Assembly: GCF_006345805.1 (NCBI RefSeq)
Contig: NW_021834592.1
Location: forward strand, 1 to 58,980
Source: Octopus sinensis
Lineage: Eukaryota
Length of the DNA: 58,980 nucleotides
Direction: 5' to 3'
Below the pieces are notes generated by a model. That model was given only the letters and a program-made list of their open reading frames with translations. It had not been told where the DNA came from and did no database searches. Shown here one piece after another: positions 25,807 to 39,364 of the stretch. Position numbers and translations under genes: made by a program. Position 1 is the first letter of the stretch. Every line of letters begins with the position of its first letter.

Positions 25807-26002
25807 TTAACTGGCTTTCATTCTTGCAATTTTGCAGAAGTAAGACACATACCTTATTCACTTACTTTTATTCCCAGCCATGTCTGTGCAAATTTAAGTT
25901 TCAGTCTTTGTGACTTTGTAGTCTTTTGATTCCTATTTTACATATATTAACAAACGTTTAGACAAATTTTGGACAAAGACAGAATTTATGCATACACAGA
26001 TA

Positions 26003-26044
<42 letters not shown>

Positions 26045-26047
<3 letters not shown>

Positions 26048-26650
26048 CAGAGAGAGAAAAAAATGTGTCTTGCCGCGACGACTGCTAAGCACGAAAGGCC
26101 GGCTATCGGTCAGTCAGTCACGTGTGAGGAGAAGAGAGAGGAAAAGAGGGACAGATGAATTAAGGAGGGGGAGAAGAGAGAAAAAAGGGAAACAAGGATC
26201 AAAGGAGGAGGCGAAGAGAGAGAGAGCGAGAAAGAGACAGATCAAAGTGGAGTGCAAAGTCTGAAAGTCAGAGAAATGTAGGAGAGGGAGAGAGAGATAG
26301 TGTTATAGAGTCGTACCAAGTTTAAAGAAATATTATATCAAAATTTTTAAAAATTGTATAAACAAGAGGCATGTAGTTTGATCACCTCGTGTTTATATAT
26401 TTCTAACCCAAGGTGTTCCTGCTGAGGACGGTTTCACCTAGCGAGTATACGGTATTTTACTTGCTAAACTGAAATCAGAAACCAATTGGTCCAGGAAACT
26501 ATATGGTGAAATGTTTTTCTTTCTTCATTTCGTTCATGTAGGATTTTATCCCTAATATTGTGGTTATGGAACCTAGCTGTTCTTTCTAGCGTATTGAATC
26601 CCACGAGTGGATTCCTCATGTGTTTAAATGTACACTGTATTTCATGCCCA

Positions 26651-26698
<48 letters not shown>

Positions 26699-27024
26699 GC
26701 GACGCACGTACCCTTTTGTCTTTTATGTAAGTACATATTTCTTTAAACTTGGTACGACTCTATAACACTATCTCTCTCCCCCTCTCCTACATTTCTCTGG
26801 CTTTCACACTTTGCAATCCACTTTGATCTGTCTCTTTCTCGCTCTCTCTCTCTCTTCGCCTCCTCCTTTGTTCCTTGTTCCCTTTTTTCTCTCTTCTCCC
26901 CCTCCTTAATTAATCTGTCCCTCTTTTCCTCTCTCTTCTCCTCAAATGTGACTGACTGACCGATAGCCGGCCTTTCGTGCTTAGTAGTCGTGGCGGCAAG
27001 ACACATTTTTTTCTCTCTCTGCCC
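26045..27024. mobile_element. Foldback/MITE-like DNA element with about 290-bp TIRs
   Basis: 26045-26333 and 26735-27024 are inverted copies (about 95% identical by eye); TA flanks both ends; noncoding spacer of about 400 bp. Confidence 0.88.
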
Positions 27025-27382
27025 TAAGGCATTTTTCTAACACGCCAGCTCAAAATTTACTCGTCCTGTCGAAAGACGCCTGTCTGTGACGTCCTATTTT
27101 TGTTATTATTATTATCATTATTGTTTTTACGTATTTTTGTATTCTTATTCGTGTAACGTCGTCCGTTTTTCCGTCCTTGTTTTGTATACATTCGAGGCTT
27201 TCTTCCAAGGAATCTAATGCGCTTGGCTTAGAATTTTCTTTGGGGCTGGCCAGATCGGAGCAATCTCAAGATTAATCAGCCGAAATTGCGAGGATGATCC
27301 GGTACTTGACTGAAGATCGAAGGCTTCGAATGTCCCGTCCGTGTTTTTTGTATCGTCTTCTAAATGTTTTGCGTTCTTGTCC

Positions 27383-27443
<61 letters not shown>

Positions 27444-27651
27444 TGCATTAAATGGTTCCCCTGAACTATCATGCTCTCATATATGCCATATCTATGAAAT
27501 GGGCACACACTCACTCACAAAGATCTACAAACATGAAAACACATGTTTGGAAACGCGGGTGATAAAGCTTAAAATGAAAGATGGGAAGATTATACAGATT
27601 TAGAAATATATCGTCAATGAAATACTAAGAAAGAGGACTGATTCAACTTAC

Positions 27652-27723
27652 ACGGTTTTTAAACTGAACAGATCTTGGAAGGTGCCTGCCTTGATTTCTG
27701 TGATATTATTATAACTCAAGTAT
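27652..27723 (-). CDS. LRR exon e11
   Basis: cag|A...GT|gtaagt; YLSYNNITEIKAGTFQDLFSLKT(V). Confidence 0.88.
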
Positions 27724-28514
27724 CTGGAAAATAAAATTGAGTTATGAAGTAATTGTATAGAAAGCTTATTATAGATTCTGGGGTAAACAATCATCATCAT
27801 CACAATGATAATTAATTCCATGAAGATATTGAGTAGATGATGATGTAGAGGGTGATGAGGATGGAGATGAGGAAGAGGAGGATAATGGTTGTGGAAGTGT
27901 TGATAGTGGATGTTGTGGTCGTGGTAGTGAGGAATATGGTGATGAGGCAGATGAGAAGAATATGTGGTGTTGTTATGATGACGATGATATCATGATGTTG
28001 ATCATGGGTGTGATGTTGCTATTGTAACTCTGATAAGAATGGGAATTGGTATGTCTAAGGTGATGCTGAATAGGACATTAATTATGATGTTGGTGGGGAT
28101 GTTACTGCTGGCGAAGAGGATGATGGTTTTCAAGTTTCTGCATCTGATGGCGGTATTTTATGGTAATGAAAGTCGTTCATGATGAAGTAGACGATGATGA
28201 TTATGGTTGAGAAAGATACGAAAGAAAATGAGAATGATGACATGGACGATGAAGTCGTGAATTACCTCAGCAAATATGGTTGTGAATTATATAGTGACGG
28301 TTTTAGACCAATAGGGAATTTAGCGAATGATATTGGAAAAAGAATATATGAAGAAATAATAAACAAAAGAAAGAGAAAGCCGCAGGAGAAATAGAAGAAA
28401 ATTGTAGGATTGTAATCAGCGGTGATCGGGGCATAAACACCGTACACGATACAGAGATCGAATTACACAAACACACTGATAGACGTGCATGCACACATCC
28501 ATACACAAACAGAT

Positions 28515-28545
<31 letters not shown>

Positions 28546-28913
28546 CACATATAAATATATAGATACATATACACATATACATAAGCGCGCTTCCCTAATC
28601 TTACCCCTTCATAGTCACACACTCAAATATTCCAAATCTGGGGAGTGGGCTGTCACTCACGCTCACAAACATTCACAAGCTATAACACACACTTTGAACA
28701 GAGATAGACCTTACACATACAGAGAAACATGCACACATGCATGCACTAAATGATTCCCCCGAACTATCATGCTCTCATATATCCCATATCTAAGAAATGT
28801 GCGCGCACACACAGAGACACAGACACACACACACTCTCAGATTCACAAACGATAAAACACATCTTTGGAAAGTTGTCAATAAAATAATATAACAGAAGAC
28901 TGGCTTCACTTAC

Positions 28914-28985
28914 AAATCTTCTAAATTGGAGAGATTTCGAAAGGTGTCTGCGCTGATTTCCTTGATCTGATTAGAACTCAATGAT
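28914..28985 (-). CDS. LRR exon e10
   Basis: cag|A...TT|gtaagt; SLSSNQIKEISADTFRNLSNLED(L). Confidence 0.9.
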
Positions 28986-29646
28986 CTGGAACATAAAATT
29001 AAGTTAATAAGAGTTTGTATAGAACATATTTGTGACGGAATGTTGGTTTAAAATATTAGATGAATGAAGGAATGGAAAGTAGATCCGAATAGTGATTAAT
29101 TCTATGAAGATAATGGCGACGATGGCGATGAGTAGAAAGAGGTTGTTGTTGTGGTTGTAATGATGAATATGATGATGAGGCAGACGAGATGATTATGTGT
29201 TGGTAGAATTGGTGACGAAGATGTTATGATGCTGATGTTTGGGGCGACGTTTTTAAGTTTGATTATTCAGATAAAGATGAGGATCAGCATGTTTATGGTG
29301 TTGCTGAATATGATATCGATTATGATGGTGTCCGTTGGGATGTTACTATTGGTGATGATGATGATGATGAAGAAGAAGTAAAAGAAGAAGGAGAAGAAGA
29401 AGAAGAAGAATAGGAAGAAGAAAATAACAAAACTGTTGTAGAATTAGGAAATGAAGAAAGCGAAGATGAATATCATAGTGATGATGATGATAATGATGAT
29501 GATGATGATGATGACGAAGAAGAGGAAGAAGAAAAAGAAGAAGAAAGAGAAGAAGAAGAAGCATAACAAAACTGTTGTAGATGCAGGAAATGAAGGTGTA
29601 GATGAAGATGATGATGATGGAGAAGAAGAAGAAGAAGAAGAAGAAC

Positions 29647-29679
<33 letters not shown>

Positions 29680-30013
29680 GATAACAAGTGAATGGGAAAT
29701 GTGTAGGATGGTAAGCGGTGGTGATAGAGACATAAACACCGTAATTGATAGACAGACTGAATTACGCATAGATTTTGAAACAATCGCATGCACGCATCCA
29801 TACACAAAGAGACAGACATTTATATGAATATATATAAATGCGGTTGCACTAATGTTTCTCCTGTGTGGTCACACTCTTATATATTTTGAATCTGAGTAAT
29901 GAACCCTCACTCACATTCAAAAACATTAACACACACTTTGGAGAGAGACTGATTTTACACATACACAGAGACATACACATGCATTGCGCACTCAGCCTAT
30001 AACTCAGAAATGG

Positions 30014-30050
<37 letters not shown>

Positions 30051-30177
30051 TTCGCAAACAGTATAAAACAGCAACTTTGTAAAAACGGTTGAGGGAGCAT
30101 AATATGGGAAGATATTACAGATTTAGAAATATATAGAAGCAATGAAAATGGTATAAAAAATGACTGATTCAACTTAC

Positions 30178-30249
30178 AGAAATTTTAAACTGGACAGATT
30201 TTGGAAGATGCCTACTTTAATTTCTTTAATATTATTATAACTGAAATAT
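30178..30249 (-). CDS. LRR exon e9
   Basis: cag|A...CT|gtaagt; YFSYNNIKEIKVGIFQNLSSLKF(L). Confidence 0.9.
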
Positions 30250-31157
30250 CTGGAACATAAAATTGATTTAAGAGAATGTATAGAACATATTTGTGACAAA
30301 ATTGTGCTTAAAAAATTAGAAAATTGAAGGGATGGAAATTAGATCACGCTGATGAATTTCATGAAGATGAGGGCGACGATGATTATGTAGCTAATAGTGA
30401 TGATGATGAGGAGGAGGAAGAGGAGGGCGAAGAGGGGTATGAGAAGGAGATTTGTGTTGGTAGAGTTGGCAGTGGATTGTCTAGTGGTAGTTGTGATGAA
30501 TAGGATGATGAGGAGGCAGAGGAGAAGAATATATGGCGGCAGTGTTGATGACGGAGATGTTAAAATGCTGATGATGGTGGTGATGTTAATGTTGATTATT
30601 CTGATAACGATGGAGATTAAAATGTTTATCGTGATGCTGAACATGATATTGAGGAGGATTGTGGGATCTTACAGTTAACGATAATCATGATTGGGTTGAA
30701 CATTCTGCATCTGATGGCGGTATTTTGTGGTATTGAATGATGTTTATTATGAAGAAGGCGATGTTGAACTTGATGTTTATGAAAGATCAGAAAGTAAATG
30801 AGAATGAAGTCGGTGATGAGGACATGGGGAGGACGTCAGGGATTATCTCGGGATATATGGTGTTGTTTTAAATAGTAAAGGATTTAGACAAATAAAGAAT
30901 CGAGCGAATGATAGAGAAAGAAGAAATTACAAAGAAATCACACAAATAAGTGAAAGACACAAGTAAAAAAGAAGGAGAAGTAAAAAGAAGAAAGAGAAGA
31001 AGAAGAAGAAGAAGAAGAAGGAGAAGAAGAAGAAGAAGAAGAAGAAGAAGAAGAGGTAAAATATAAAGTAGAAGAAGAAACAGTTTATGAAGAAGTAGAA
31101 TAAAAACAAGTTTGATGAAGAGGAGGAGAAGAAGAAGGAAAAGAAATAGAAGAATGC

Positions 31158-31188
<31 letters not shown>

Positions 31189-31664
31189 ACGAAGAACAAC
31201 AAGACGAAAAAGATAAACGTGTAGAAAGAGAAGTAGAAGAACAAGAACAAGTAGAAGATTAAAAAGAAAAAGAAGGAGAAATAGAAGTAAAATATGAAAA
31301 AGAGAAAGAAGAAACAGAAGACGAAGTAAAAGACGATGAAGAAAAAGTAGAAGAGGAGGAGGAGGAGAATCTGAAAAGCATCAAAGGCATAGTAGTAGTA
31401 GTAGTAGTAGTAGTGGAAGAATAGCTGGAGTGGAGAAGAACAACCATGTTTGGGTAGAATACAGAATGTTATAAATGCCAACACATTTTGAGATTGACAC
31501 ACTGACACACGTTTATAGACATTCACAAATATTCACAGATTTCTATGGAAAGAGAGTGAGGATATACGGAGAGGTAAGGACGTGGGGCGAAAATGCACGA
31601 GAAGATTTTGTACAATGAGTAATATATTGTCAATGAAATATTGTGGACAACTTATCCAACTTAC

Positions 31665-31736
31665 AGTTTTTGTAACCTGGGCAGGTCATGTAAGGCTCTT
31701 ATTTCAATGGTTTCCATATTATTAGTTTGCAAATAA
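31665..31736 (-). CDS. LRR exon e8 (class II)
   Basis: cag|T...CT|gtaagt; YLQTNNMETIEIRALHDLPRLQK(L). Confidence 0.87.
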
Positions 31737-31796
31737 CTGCAACATAAAAAAGAGTTCATTTTTAGGAGAAAGTACAGAAAAGTTGTATAACATATA

Positions 31797-33965
31797 GGCG
31801 TAGGAGTGGCTGAGTGGTAAGTAGCTTGCTTACCCAGAATGCAACGCTAGTTGGTCTGGACTGTTACAGTGAGCAGATGTGAGTTTCGGCTCCGTGAACA
31901 GAAATAAAGAACAAAAAGAAAAATGGTAAATGAGAATTCTTCTTGTGAATTCTAGTGGGCGTATCTCGCCAGAAAAATAAGAATAAGCCATTTGGATTAC
32001 CCTTTTGGATTACCTTTTTGGAGTATTATACAAAGGATTCCCTGTCTTGTGCTATTTGTGAGGTTTTTCTTTTACTTTTCCCTTCTTCTATTTTTCTTTC
32101 TTTCTAAATTTTGGTTCATTCTTTTCATTACTTTAATTTCAGTTTCCTCCCCTCCTCTTTTTGTTTTATTTTTATTCGATTTAATTTTTTGGCAGACTGT
32201 CTTTTGAACTACTTTTGAACTGTTTTTTTGACATGGCAAAGAAGGAACTTAAAAAGAAAAACTCTGTCTTAGAGTGGGAAATTAACCCGCCTAAGCAGTG
32301 GTTAAAAGATATGGAGGAGAAGACGGTGGTACTTAGAACGTATTCTAAAGTTCTTAATTCCATCACCGTCTTCCCAAAACAAGTCATAAAAAGTGAACTT
32401 AAAGAACATTTGTCCTCCGTAAAATATATATCCCGTGGTGTCAAACATGCAACCGTATGGTTGCTGTTTGACAACGGGGAAAATGCTCGCCAGTTTCGAG
32501 TCAGCCTCTAGAAGGCAAGGAAATTTTGTTTCTCCCGTCATATTGTGGAAGAAAATTAATACGAGCCTGGGTATGTGGGCTGCCCCCGGGCACCGAAGCA
32601 GATTGGATTGAAGATGCCATTCGACGGGGACTAGGGGATGACGGGCCCAGGCTCTTAAATGTAAAGGTATTGCCGGCGGTCGATTGGGAAGGATCAAAAG
32701 TGATTTTGACCCTGTGGACCCCGTCGGCCGCAACAGAACTGATTTTTCTAGATTTCTTGAAAATGGCTGGCTGCAGGTATCCGGTGATACTTGAGGGACG
32801 TCCCCCAAAGTGTCACTCGTGCCTGCAGCCAGGCCACATTAAAAGGAACTGCCCCTAGGACCATGGTAAGGTCCTGGAACAGTCACCAGACGCCACCTCC
32901 CCTACCCGGTCAAAGGGAGAGGTGGATGTGGTCGAGGAGGCTTCAGCCTCCTCAACTCAAAAAGGATTAAAAAGGAAGAAGGCGGGCAACAATAGTTGCC
33001 CACCGAAGGAACCTAAGGCTTCGGGAGACGGGGGAGAGTCTCCGGTCAAAGTGGAAGAGCTCTACTCTCCCGAAGACAGGAAGAAAAGAAAAAAGAAAGA
33101 AGAACGGGTCATCTCAGCGGAGAGATGATGTGCCGACTGCATGTCCCGAAGTTGTGCCACCCACGATGGAAGAAACCACCCCCACCCTTAAAGATGATCA
33201 ATTAATTATCTTTTTCTACAAGGGCGGGAGGTGGAAAAAATAGTAGAAGAACATAAAGAAACAGTAGATATGCCCTTTACACGGGATCCCGAATGGCCTC
33301 CGCAGATAGCTGTGGAGGTCATAAGGTTTCCCTTGTAGGAAAGGCTTAAAGGATTTGGGGAGGAGTGTCGCATATGGCCGGGTGGCCCTTACACGACTTA
33401 CATGTCGTACATGAGTGAGGCATGGGAAATGGCGGGATACAGGAACTCAAGCGGCATTGAAGATAATGATGAATATATCGATGGATATATCGAAGAGTAG
33501 GAGGTGAAAGACCCTCGTTACAGGGTTTGAAACCTCACCTTATTGGATTATTTTGTAGTGGTTTATAACCTCAATTTTGTATTTTAAGAATGAAAAAAGA
33601 AAAAGAAAATATGTTAAGTAAGAGGTTTTAGTGCCTCCTTCTTGTAAGAGGTTTGAAACCTTAAATGATTAAAAAAAAAAAAGAAAATATGTTTTCGAGA
33701 AAAATCCAATCGGCGGGTGTTGGGTTCCGTCTCTCATTTATTCATTATAATTCATTTTCATTCATTAATGTGTTCGTCCAGCCCGCAAAGCTCTTTGTAC
33801 AGTCTATATGACAAATTTATGAAATAAAGTAGCTTTCTTACGAACCGCATGGTTCTGGGTTCAGTGCCACTGCGTAGCACCTTGGGCAAATGTCTTCTAC
33901 TATAGCCCCGAGCCGACCAAGCCTTCTGAGTGGATTTGGTAGACGGAAACTGAAAGAAGCACGTC

Positions 33966-34010
<45 letters not shown>

Positions 34011-34075
34011 GTATGAATGTATGTATGTATGTATGTGTGTATATGTTTGTGTGTCTGTGTTTGTCCCCCCCCCCT
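31797..34075 (+). mobile_element. tRNA-derived SINE split by a 2-kb insertion (31797-31833 plus 33842-34075)
   Basis: Head ggcgtaggagtggctgagtggtaag; resumes at gaaccgcatggttctgggttcagtgccactg (B-box-like) and gtggatttggtagacggaaactgaaagaagc, then a (TA)/(TG) tail. Confidence 0.8.
31834..33826 (+). mobile_element. ORF1-only (gag-like, CCHC zinc knuckle) retroelement
   Basis: ORFs 32215-32511 and 32526-32858 end in CHSCLQPGHIKRNC; 15-bp TSD aagtagctt(g/t)cttac at 31819-31833 and 33827-33841; no RT seen. Confidence 0.7.
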
Positions 34076-34510
34076 GAGGGCCTTGTCAACATGAGTGATG
34101 GACACTGTTTCAGCTTGTTTATTTTTGCGTGATACGCATCTGAAATATACTATGTACTTCTCTTATATCTATTATTTCGGGAGGGACGAGCTCTGTAGCC
34201 TTACACCGCTCAAATTTAATATTGTTTTCCAGTTTTGAGAGTGTTTTGTCATCGAGTGCGATGGCAAACTTTCCTATCTTTGTTTTCACTATATCAGCAA
34301 ATCTTTAATTGTTGTTATTGTTCTTGTTGTCGTCGTTGTTGCTGTTGTTATTGTTGTTACTATTGCTGCTGTTGTTGCCATTGGTAGTGATGGCGTCACC
34401 GCTATTTCCCTCCACACAGCCTTCAATCCAAGGATAATTTTTCCGCTAAAATCCGTAGCATTGTTCACGAAGCTGCTGCTATTGTTACTGCTATCGCTGC
34501 TGTTGTTTTT

Positions 34511-34721
34511 TTGTTGTTGTTGTTAACCAACAAGACGGTTAATGGGGATTAGGTGATGGTCTAGGGCTTAGGGGCGGGAGACCGCAGACCTTGGGGAAGA
34601 AAAAAAACTTCGGTCGTCTTGTTGTAGTCGAGGGCACTTCGTTGACGCCCGACACCACTGGGACGTGGCTTTCGAAGTCGCGAGAAATGGAAATCTCCAG
34701 GTCCAAATTCTTGAACGGCTG
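34511..34721 (-). mobile_element. About 200-nt retroposon with (CAA)n tail, copy 1
   Basis: Reverse complement aligns to 44487-44685. Confidence 0.7.
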
Positions 34722-35241
34722 CTACCGCTGCTGCTGTTGCTGTTTCTCGTATTGTTATTGCTACAACAACAACAACAACAACAACAGCTACAACTACTAC
34801 TCTACTACTACTACACTACTACTACTACTACTACTATTGCTGTTGTCGATGTTGGCATTGCTGTGAATACGAGGTGGATTTTGTACTTTTTCGGTAACCC
34901 TTTTCTCCACCCACACTTATATTGTTGCCAGCAACGGGGGGAGGGGAGAGGAAAATGTTCAGCAGTCACGAGACCTGCGGGAGGGGCGTTTTTTCTTAAT
35001 TCGTGCAAGATGCGCTCCATGATCTTTTTAAATCATATATCACTAAACTCGAATCGAACTTACTTGGGGGAATCAATATAGCCCCACGATGCGCCAAACA
35101 AACACAGAAAGCCAGTGACAGATTCTTGGCAAAATGCAAAATGCAAACCTAAAAAACGACAGCAACGGGAATAAGAAAACGATTTCAGAAGGACTTGGAG
35201 CGTTGGAAAAAATGTCCGATGTACTTCGCAGCGATTTTAAA

Positions 35242-35277
<36 letters not shown>

Positions 35278-35451
35278 TAATAATAATAATGATGATAAAA
35301 TGATGATGATGATGAATGATGATAATAATAATAATAATATAATAATAATAATGATGATAATGATGATGATATAGGTCTAATAGTAATAATAATGAGACGA
35401 CGACGACGACGACGACGACGACGCCGACGACGACGACGACGACGACGATGA

Positions 35452-35487
<36 letters not shown>

Positions 35488-35670
35488 GATGGATGATGAT
35501 GAATGATAATAATAATAAGCATACTAATAATAAAATATGAATGATAATAATAATAGATAATAATAATGATGTAATGAATGAGTAATAATAGCAATAATAA
35601 TAATAATAATAATAATAATGATGATGATGATGATGATGATGATAGTAATAATAGTAATAATAATGATGAT

Positions 35671-35705
<35 letters not shown>

Positions 35706-36262
35706 CGACGATGACGACGACGACGACGACGACGATGATGATTATGATGATTATGATGATATTTTTTTATTCACCGCTAAGGGTTTCCATAAAAAAAAGT
35801 ATTATGGACAGCACACGACAAATATAATTTGGGGTTACTGAATGTCGAGTAAGCAATGAAAAAAAAAGAACAATAATCGACAATAACAACAAAATTTCCC
35901 AAAAGAAGGTGACCACCAAGTACTGCCCTGAAAAGCCCACACGCCCACAACAGCCCTGACCACTAGAGTATGTGCCCTTTCCCCTTTGTCTACAGGCGCA
36001 CACTTAGAGTAGACCCATTAACTTGGGGCATTCTTGCGACACTCACCTACTTATTAACGAAATTGCTGATGTGGGGGGGGGGGCGAAATTCTCTCTCCAC
36101 CTTCACTTTGCTGAGCATCTGCTTCATCCTTTTCAACCTTGCACAGAGACAGATAATGGAGGTAAAGTCGAGTGAGGGAGTTTAAAATGAAGTATGCGAA
36201 GACGTTCCAGATTAGAAATATATTGTCAATGAAATACTATAAACAAGAATGTTTCAACTTAC

Positions 36263-36334
36263 AGAGATGTTAAACTGGAAAGATTTTGGAAGGTGCCCGA
36301 TTTTATTTCCTTTATACTATTACGATCCAAATCT
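36263..36334 (-). CDS. LRR exon e7
   Basis: cag|A...CT|gtaagt; DLDRNSIKEIKSGTFQNLSSLTS(L). Confidence 0.9.
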
Positions 36335-37646
36335 CTGCAAAATAAAATTTAGCTCAGGAAATTGTATGGAAGATACATGTGTGACATAATATTTATATTA
36401 TGGCTAAACAAATAGCTGGAGGAAAATATGGAAAATAAATCACGATTATAAACTTGATGATGATGATGAGGAGGAGGAGGAGGAGGAGGATGAGGATGAG
36501 GATGATGAAGAAGAAGAAGAAGAAGAAGAAGATAATGGTGATAGCAGACGTTGTGGTTGTAATGATGAATATATTGACGAGGCAGAGGAGAAGATAATAT
36601 GGTGATAGTGTTGATGCTGATGACGGGGCTTCTGTGGTTAATGACGGGGATTAGCATGAATATGGTGATGCTGAATATGATATTAGTTATGTTGATGGTG
36701 GTGCGGATGATGGTGAGGGTGATAGTGTTGAAGATTGTACATTAGTATTTTATGGTAATTAATGATGTTAATGATGAAAGGAACGATGCGGAAGTTGAGT
36801 ACGTTGATGAGAAAGATAACACTGAATGATGACCGTGTTGATAACAAGGAGGAAGACGTCGATGATGATGATAGCGGCAATGGAAGTGCTTTAAATAGTA
36901 GAATTATTAGGAGAATAAAGAAAATGGTGAAAGATGCAGAAAGAAGATATGAAGAAATCGTTAAAACAGAAAGAAGGTAAAGAAAATGAAACGAAGATGA
37001 GGAAGAAGAAAAGAAGAAGAAGCAATTGAAGAAGAAAATGGAGAAACAAGAGGGGAAGAAGGACAACAAAGAGAAGACAAAGAGAAGACAAAGAGAAGAA
37101 GAAGAAGAAGAAGAAGAAGAAGAAGAAGAGAAGAAGAAGGACGAAGAAGAAGAAGAGAAGAAGAAGAAGAAGAAGAAGAAGAAGAAGAAGAAGAAGAAGA
37201 AGAAGAAGAAGAAGAAGAAGAAGAAGAGGTGCAACAACAATAAGGAAAAAAGAAGTAAAGATCATGTTTGAAAAGTAGTGTATATAGGTTCTTATTCTAT
37301 ACAAATACAAAGAATGTTCTGGGATGTTATTTGGTTTTCAGCTGGAAGTAAACACCGTACATGATATACACACCGTATTACAGACACATATTAATATATT
37401 CGCTTACATTCATCCTCACACACTGATATACACCTGAATTCACTAAATGTTTCTCCTCATGTATCCGACTCTCATATACACCAAATTTCAGAAATGGGCC
37501 AATATTCACTTTCACACACATTCACAAATAATAACAATTCTTTCGAAAGACGTGTGAGGGAGTATTAAATGAAATATGGGAAGATGTTACAGATTTATAA
37601 ATATGCCTTCAACGAAATACTATAACAGAACAGTGATTCAACTTAC

Positions 37647-37718
37647 AGTGTTTTTAAACTGGACAGATTTTGGAAGGTTCCTGCTTTTATTTCTTGGATA
37701 TTATTATCCCACAAATTC
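37647..37718 (-). CDS. LRR exon e6
   Basis: cag|G...CT|gtaagt; NLWDNNIQEIKAGTFQNLSSLKT(L). Confidence 0.9.
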
Positions 37719-37964
37719 CTGGAACATAAAATTGGGAAAAGAAGAAAATGTATGCAACAAATTTGAGAGTGTTTAATATAATGGCGAAATAATTAGGTGA
37801 TGGAATGGATGAAAGGTAGGTTACCATGGTGATGAACTTCATAATGGTGTTAATGATAATGTTGGAGAGAAGTGATTAATATGATGCTGAGGTAGAAGAG
37901 AAGAAAAATGACTTAGAAATATATCGTCCATGAAATAATATAAAAGAAGACTGATTCAACTTAC

Positions 37965-38036
37965 AAATTTTTTAATCTGTACAGATAGTGAAAGGATCCT
38001 GCGTGGATTTCTGTGATATTATTGCCGTACAAAGTC
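37965..38036 (-). CDS. LRR exon e5
   Basis: cag|G...TT|gtaagt; TLYGNNITEIHAGSFHYLYRLKN(L). Confidence 0.9.
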
Positions 38037-38679
38037 CTGGAATATAAAATGGAGTTAATAAGAAATTTTATGTAACAGATTTGACAATGTAAAATATAAT
38101 GGCTAAACAATTTGATGATGGAAGTAGACTACTATGAGCTTGATAATGTTGGTGGTGATGATGTTGGGAAGATGTGATGAATATGATGATGAGGTAGAAA
38201 AGATGGGAAAATGGCGATAGTGTTGATGACAACGATGTTATGACGCTGATGATGGGGGTGATGTTGTTAATGTTGATTATTCTAATAATGAGTGTAATTC
38301 ACATGATTATAGTGATAAGGAATATGATTCGGAGGATGATGATGCTGGTTGTGATATTTCTCTTGGTGTTGATAGGGATGAGGACATTGAAGACTGAGCA
38401 TCTGATCGCGATACCTTGTGGTAATGAATGATGTTGATAATGAAGGGGACGGTGAAGAACTTGACGGTGTTGATGACAGAGGAAGATTACAATGAAGACG
38501 AGGATGATGAGAATGATGACAACAAGGACGGAGACATCGATAATGATGCTGGCGGCATTGGAGGCGATTTAAATGTTAGAGGTATTAAGTGAAAAGGGAA
38601 ACTTGGCAAACAACAATAAGAACAACAATAAGAACATATTAAGAAGTAATGAAAAACAAAGAGTGAAAGGCACAGTAAA

Positions 38680-39350
38680 GGAGAAAGAAGAAGAAGAAGA
38701 AGAAGAAGGAAGAGGAGGAAGTGGAAGAGGAGAAAAAGAAGAACAACAAGAAGAACAAGGAGGAGGAGGAGGAGGAGGAGGAGCAGGAGGAGAAAAAGAA
38801 GAAGAGGAAAAGAAGAAGAACAACAAGGAGGAGGAGGAGGAGGAGTAAAAGAAGGCGAAGAAAAAGAAGAAGGAGGAGGAAGAGGAGAAAAAGAAGAACA
38901 AGAACAAGGAGGAGGAGGAGGAGAAAAAGAAGGCGAAGAAGAAGAAGAAGAAGGGGGAAGAAGAGAAAAAGAAGAAGAACAACAACAAGGAGGAAAAAGA
39001 GGAGGAGGAGAAAAAGAAGGCGAAGAAGAAAAAAAGGAGGAGGAAGAGGGGGAAGAGGAGAAAAAGAAGAATAACAACAACAATAACAAGGAGGGGGAGG
39101 AGGAGGACAAAAAGAAGGCGAAGAAGAAGGAGGAGGAAGAGGAGAAAAAGAAGAAGAAGAGGAGAAGAAGAAGGGGGAAGAAGAACAAGGAGGAGGAGGA
39201 GGAGGAGAAGGAGAAAAAGAAGGCGAAGAAGAAGAAGAAGAAGAAGAAGGAGGAGGAGGAAGAGGAGAAAAAGAAGGAGAAGAAGAAGGAGAAGAAGAAG
39301 AAGAAGGAGGAGGAGGAGGAGGAAGAGGAAAAAAAGAAGAAGAAGAAAGC
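38680..39350 (+). repeat. (GAA)n/(GAG)n polypurine tract
   Basis: Direct reading. Confidence 0.95.
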
Positions 39351-39364
39351 AAAAAATATGTTCA

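Noticed and set aside
25858-25945. Donor-like cacttac at 25860-25865 as another cassette exon
   Set aside because: The adjacent 72 nt has no LRR pattern, and all three frames contain stops nearby.
27030-27390. Hammerhead-like ctgaagatcgaaggcttcgaatgtc at 27310-27335
   Set aside because: The core lacks GAAA and no helix I/III partner was found; at most an eroded pLTR fragment.
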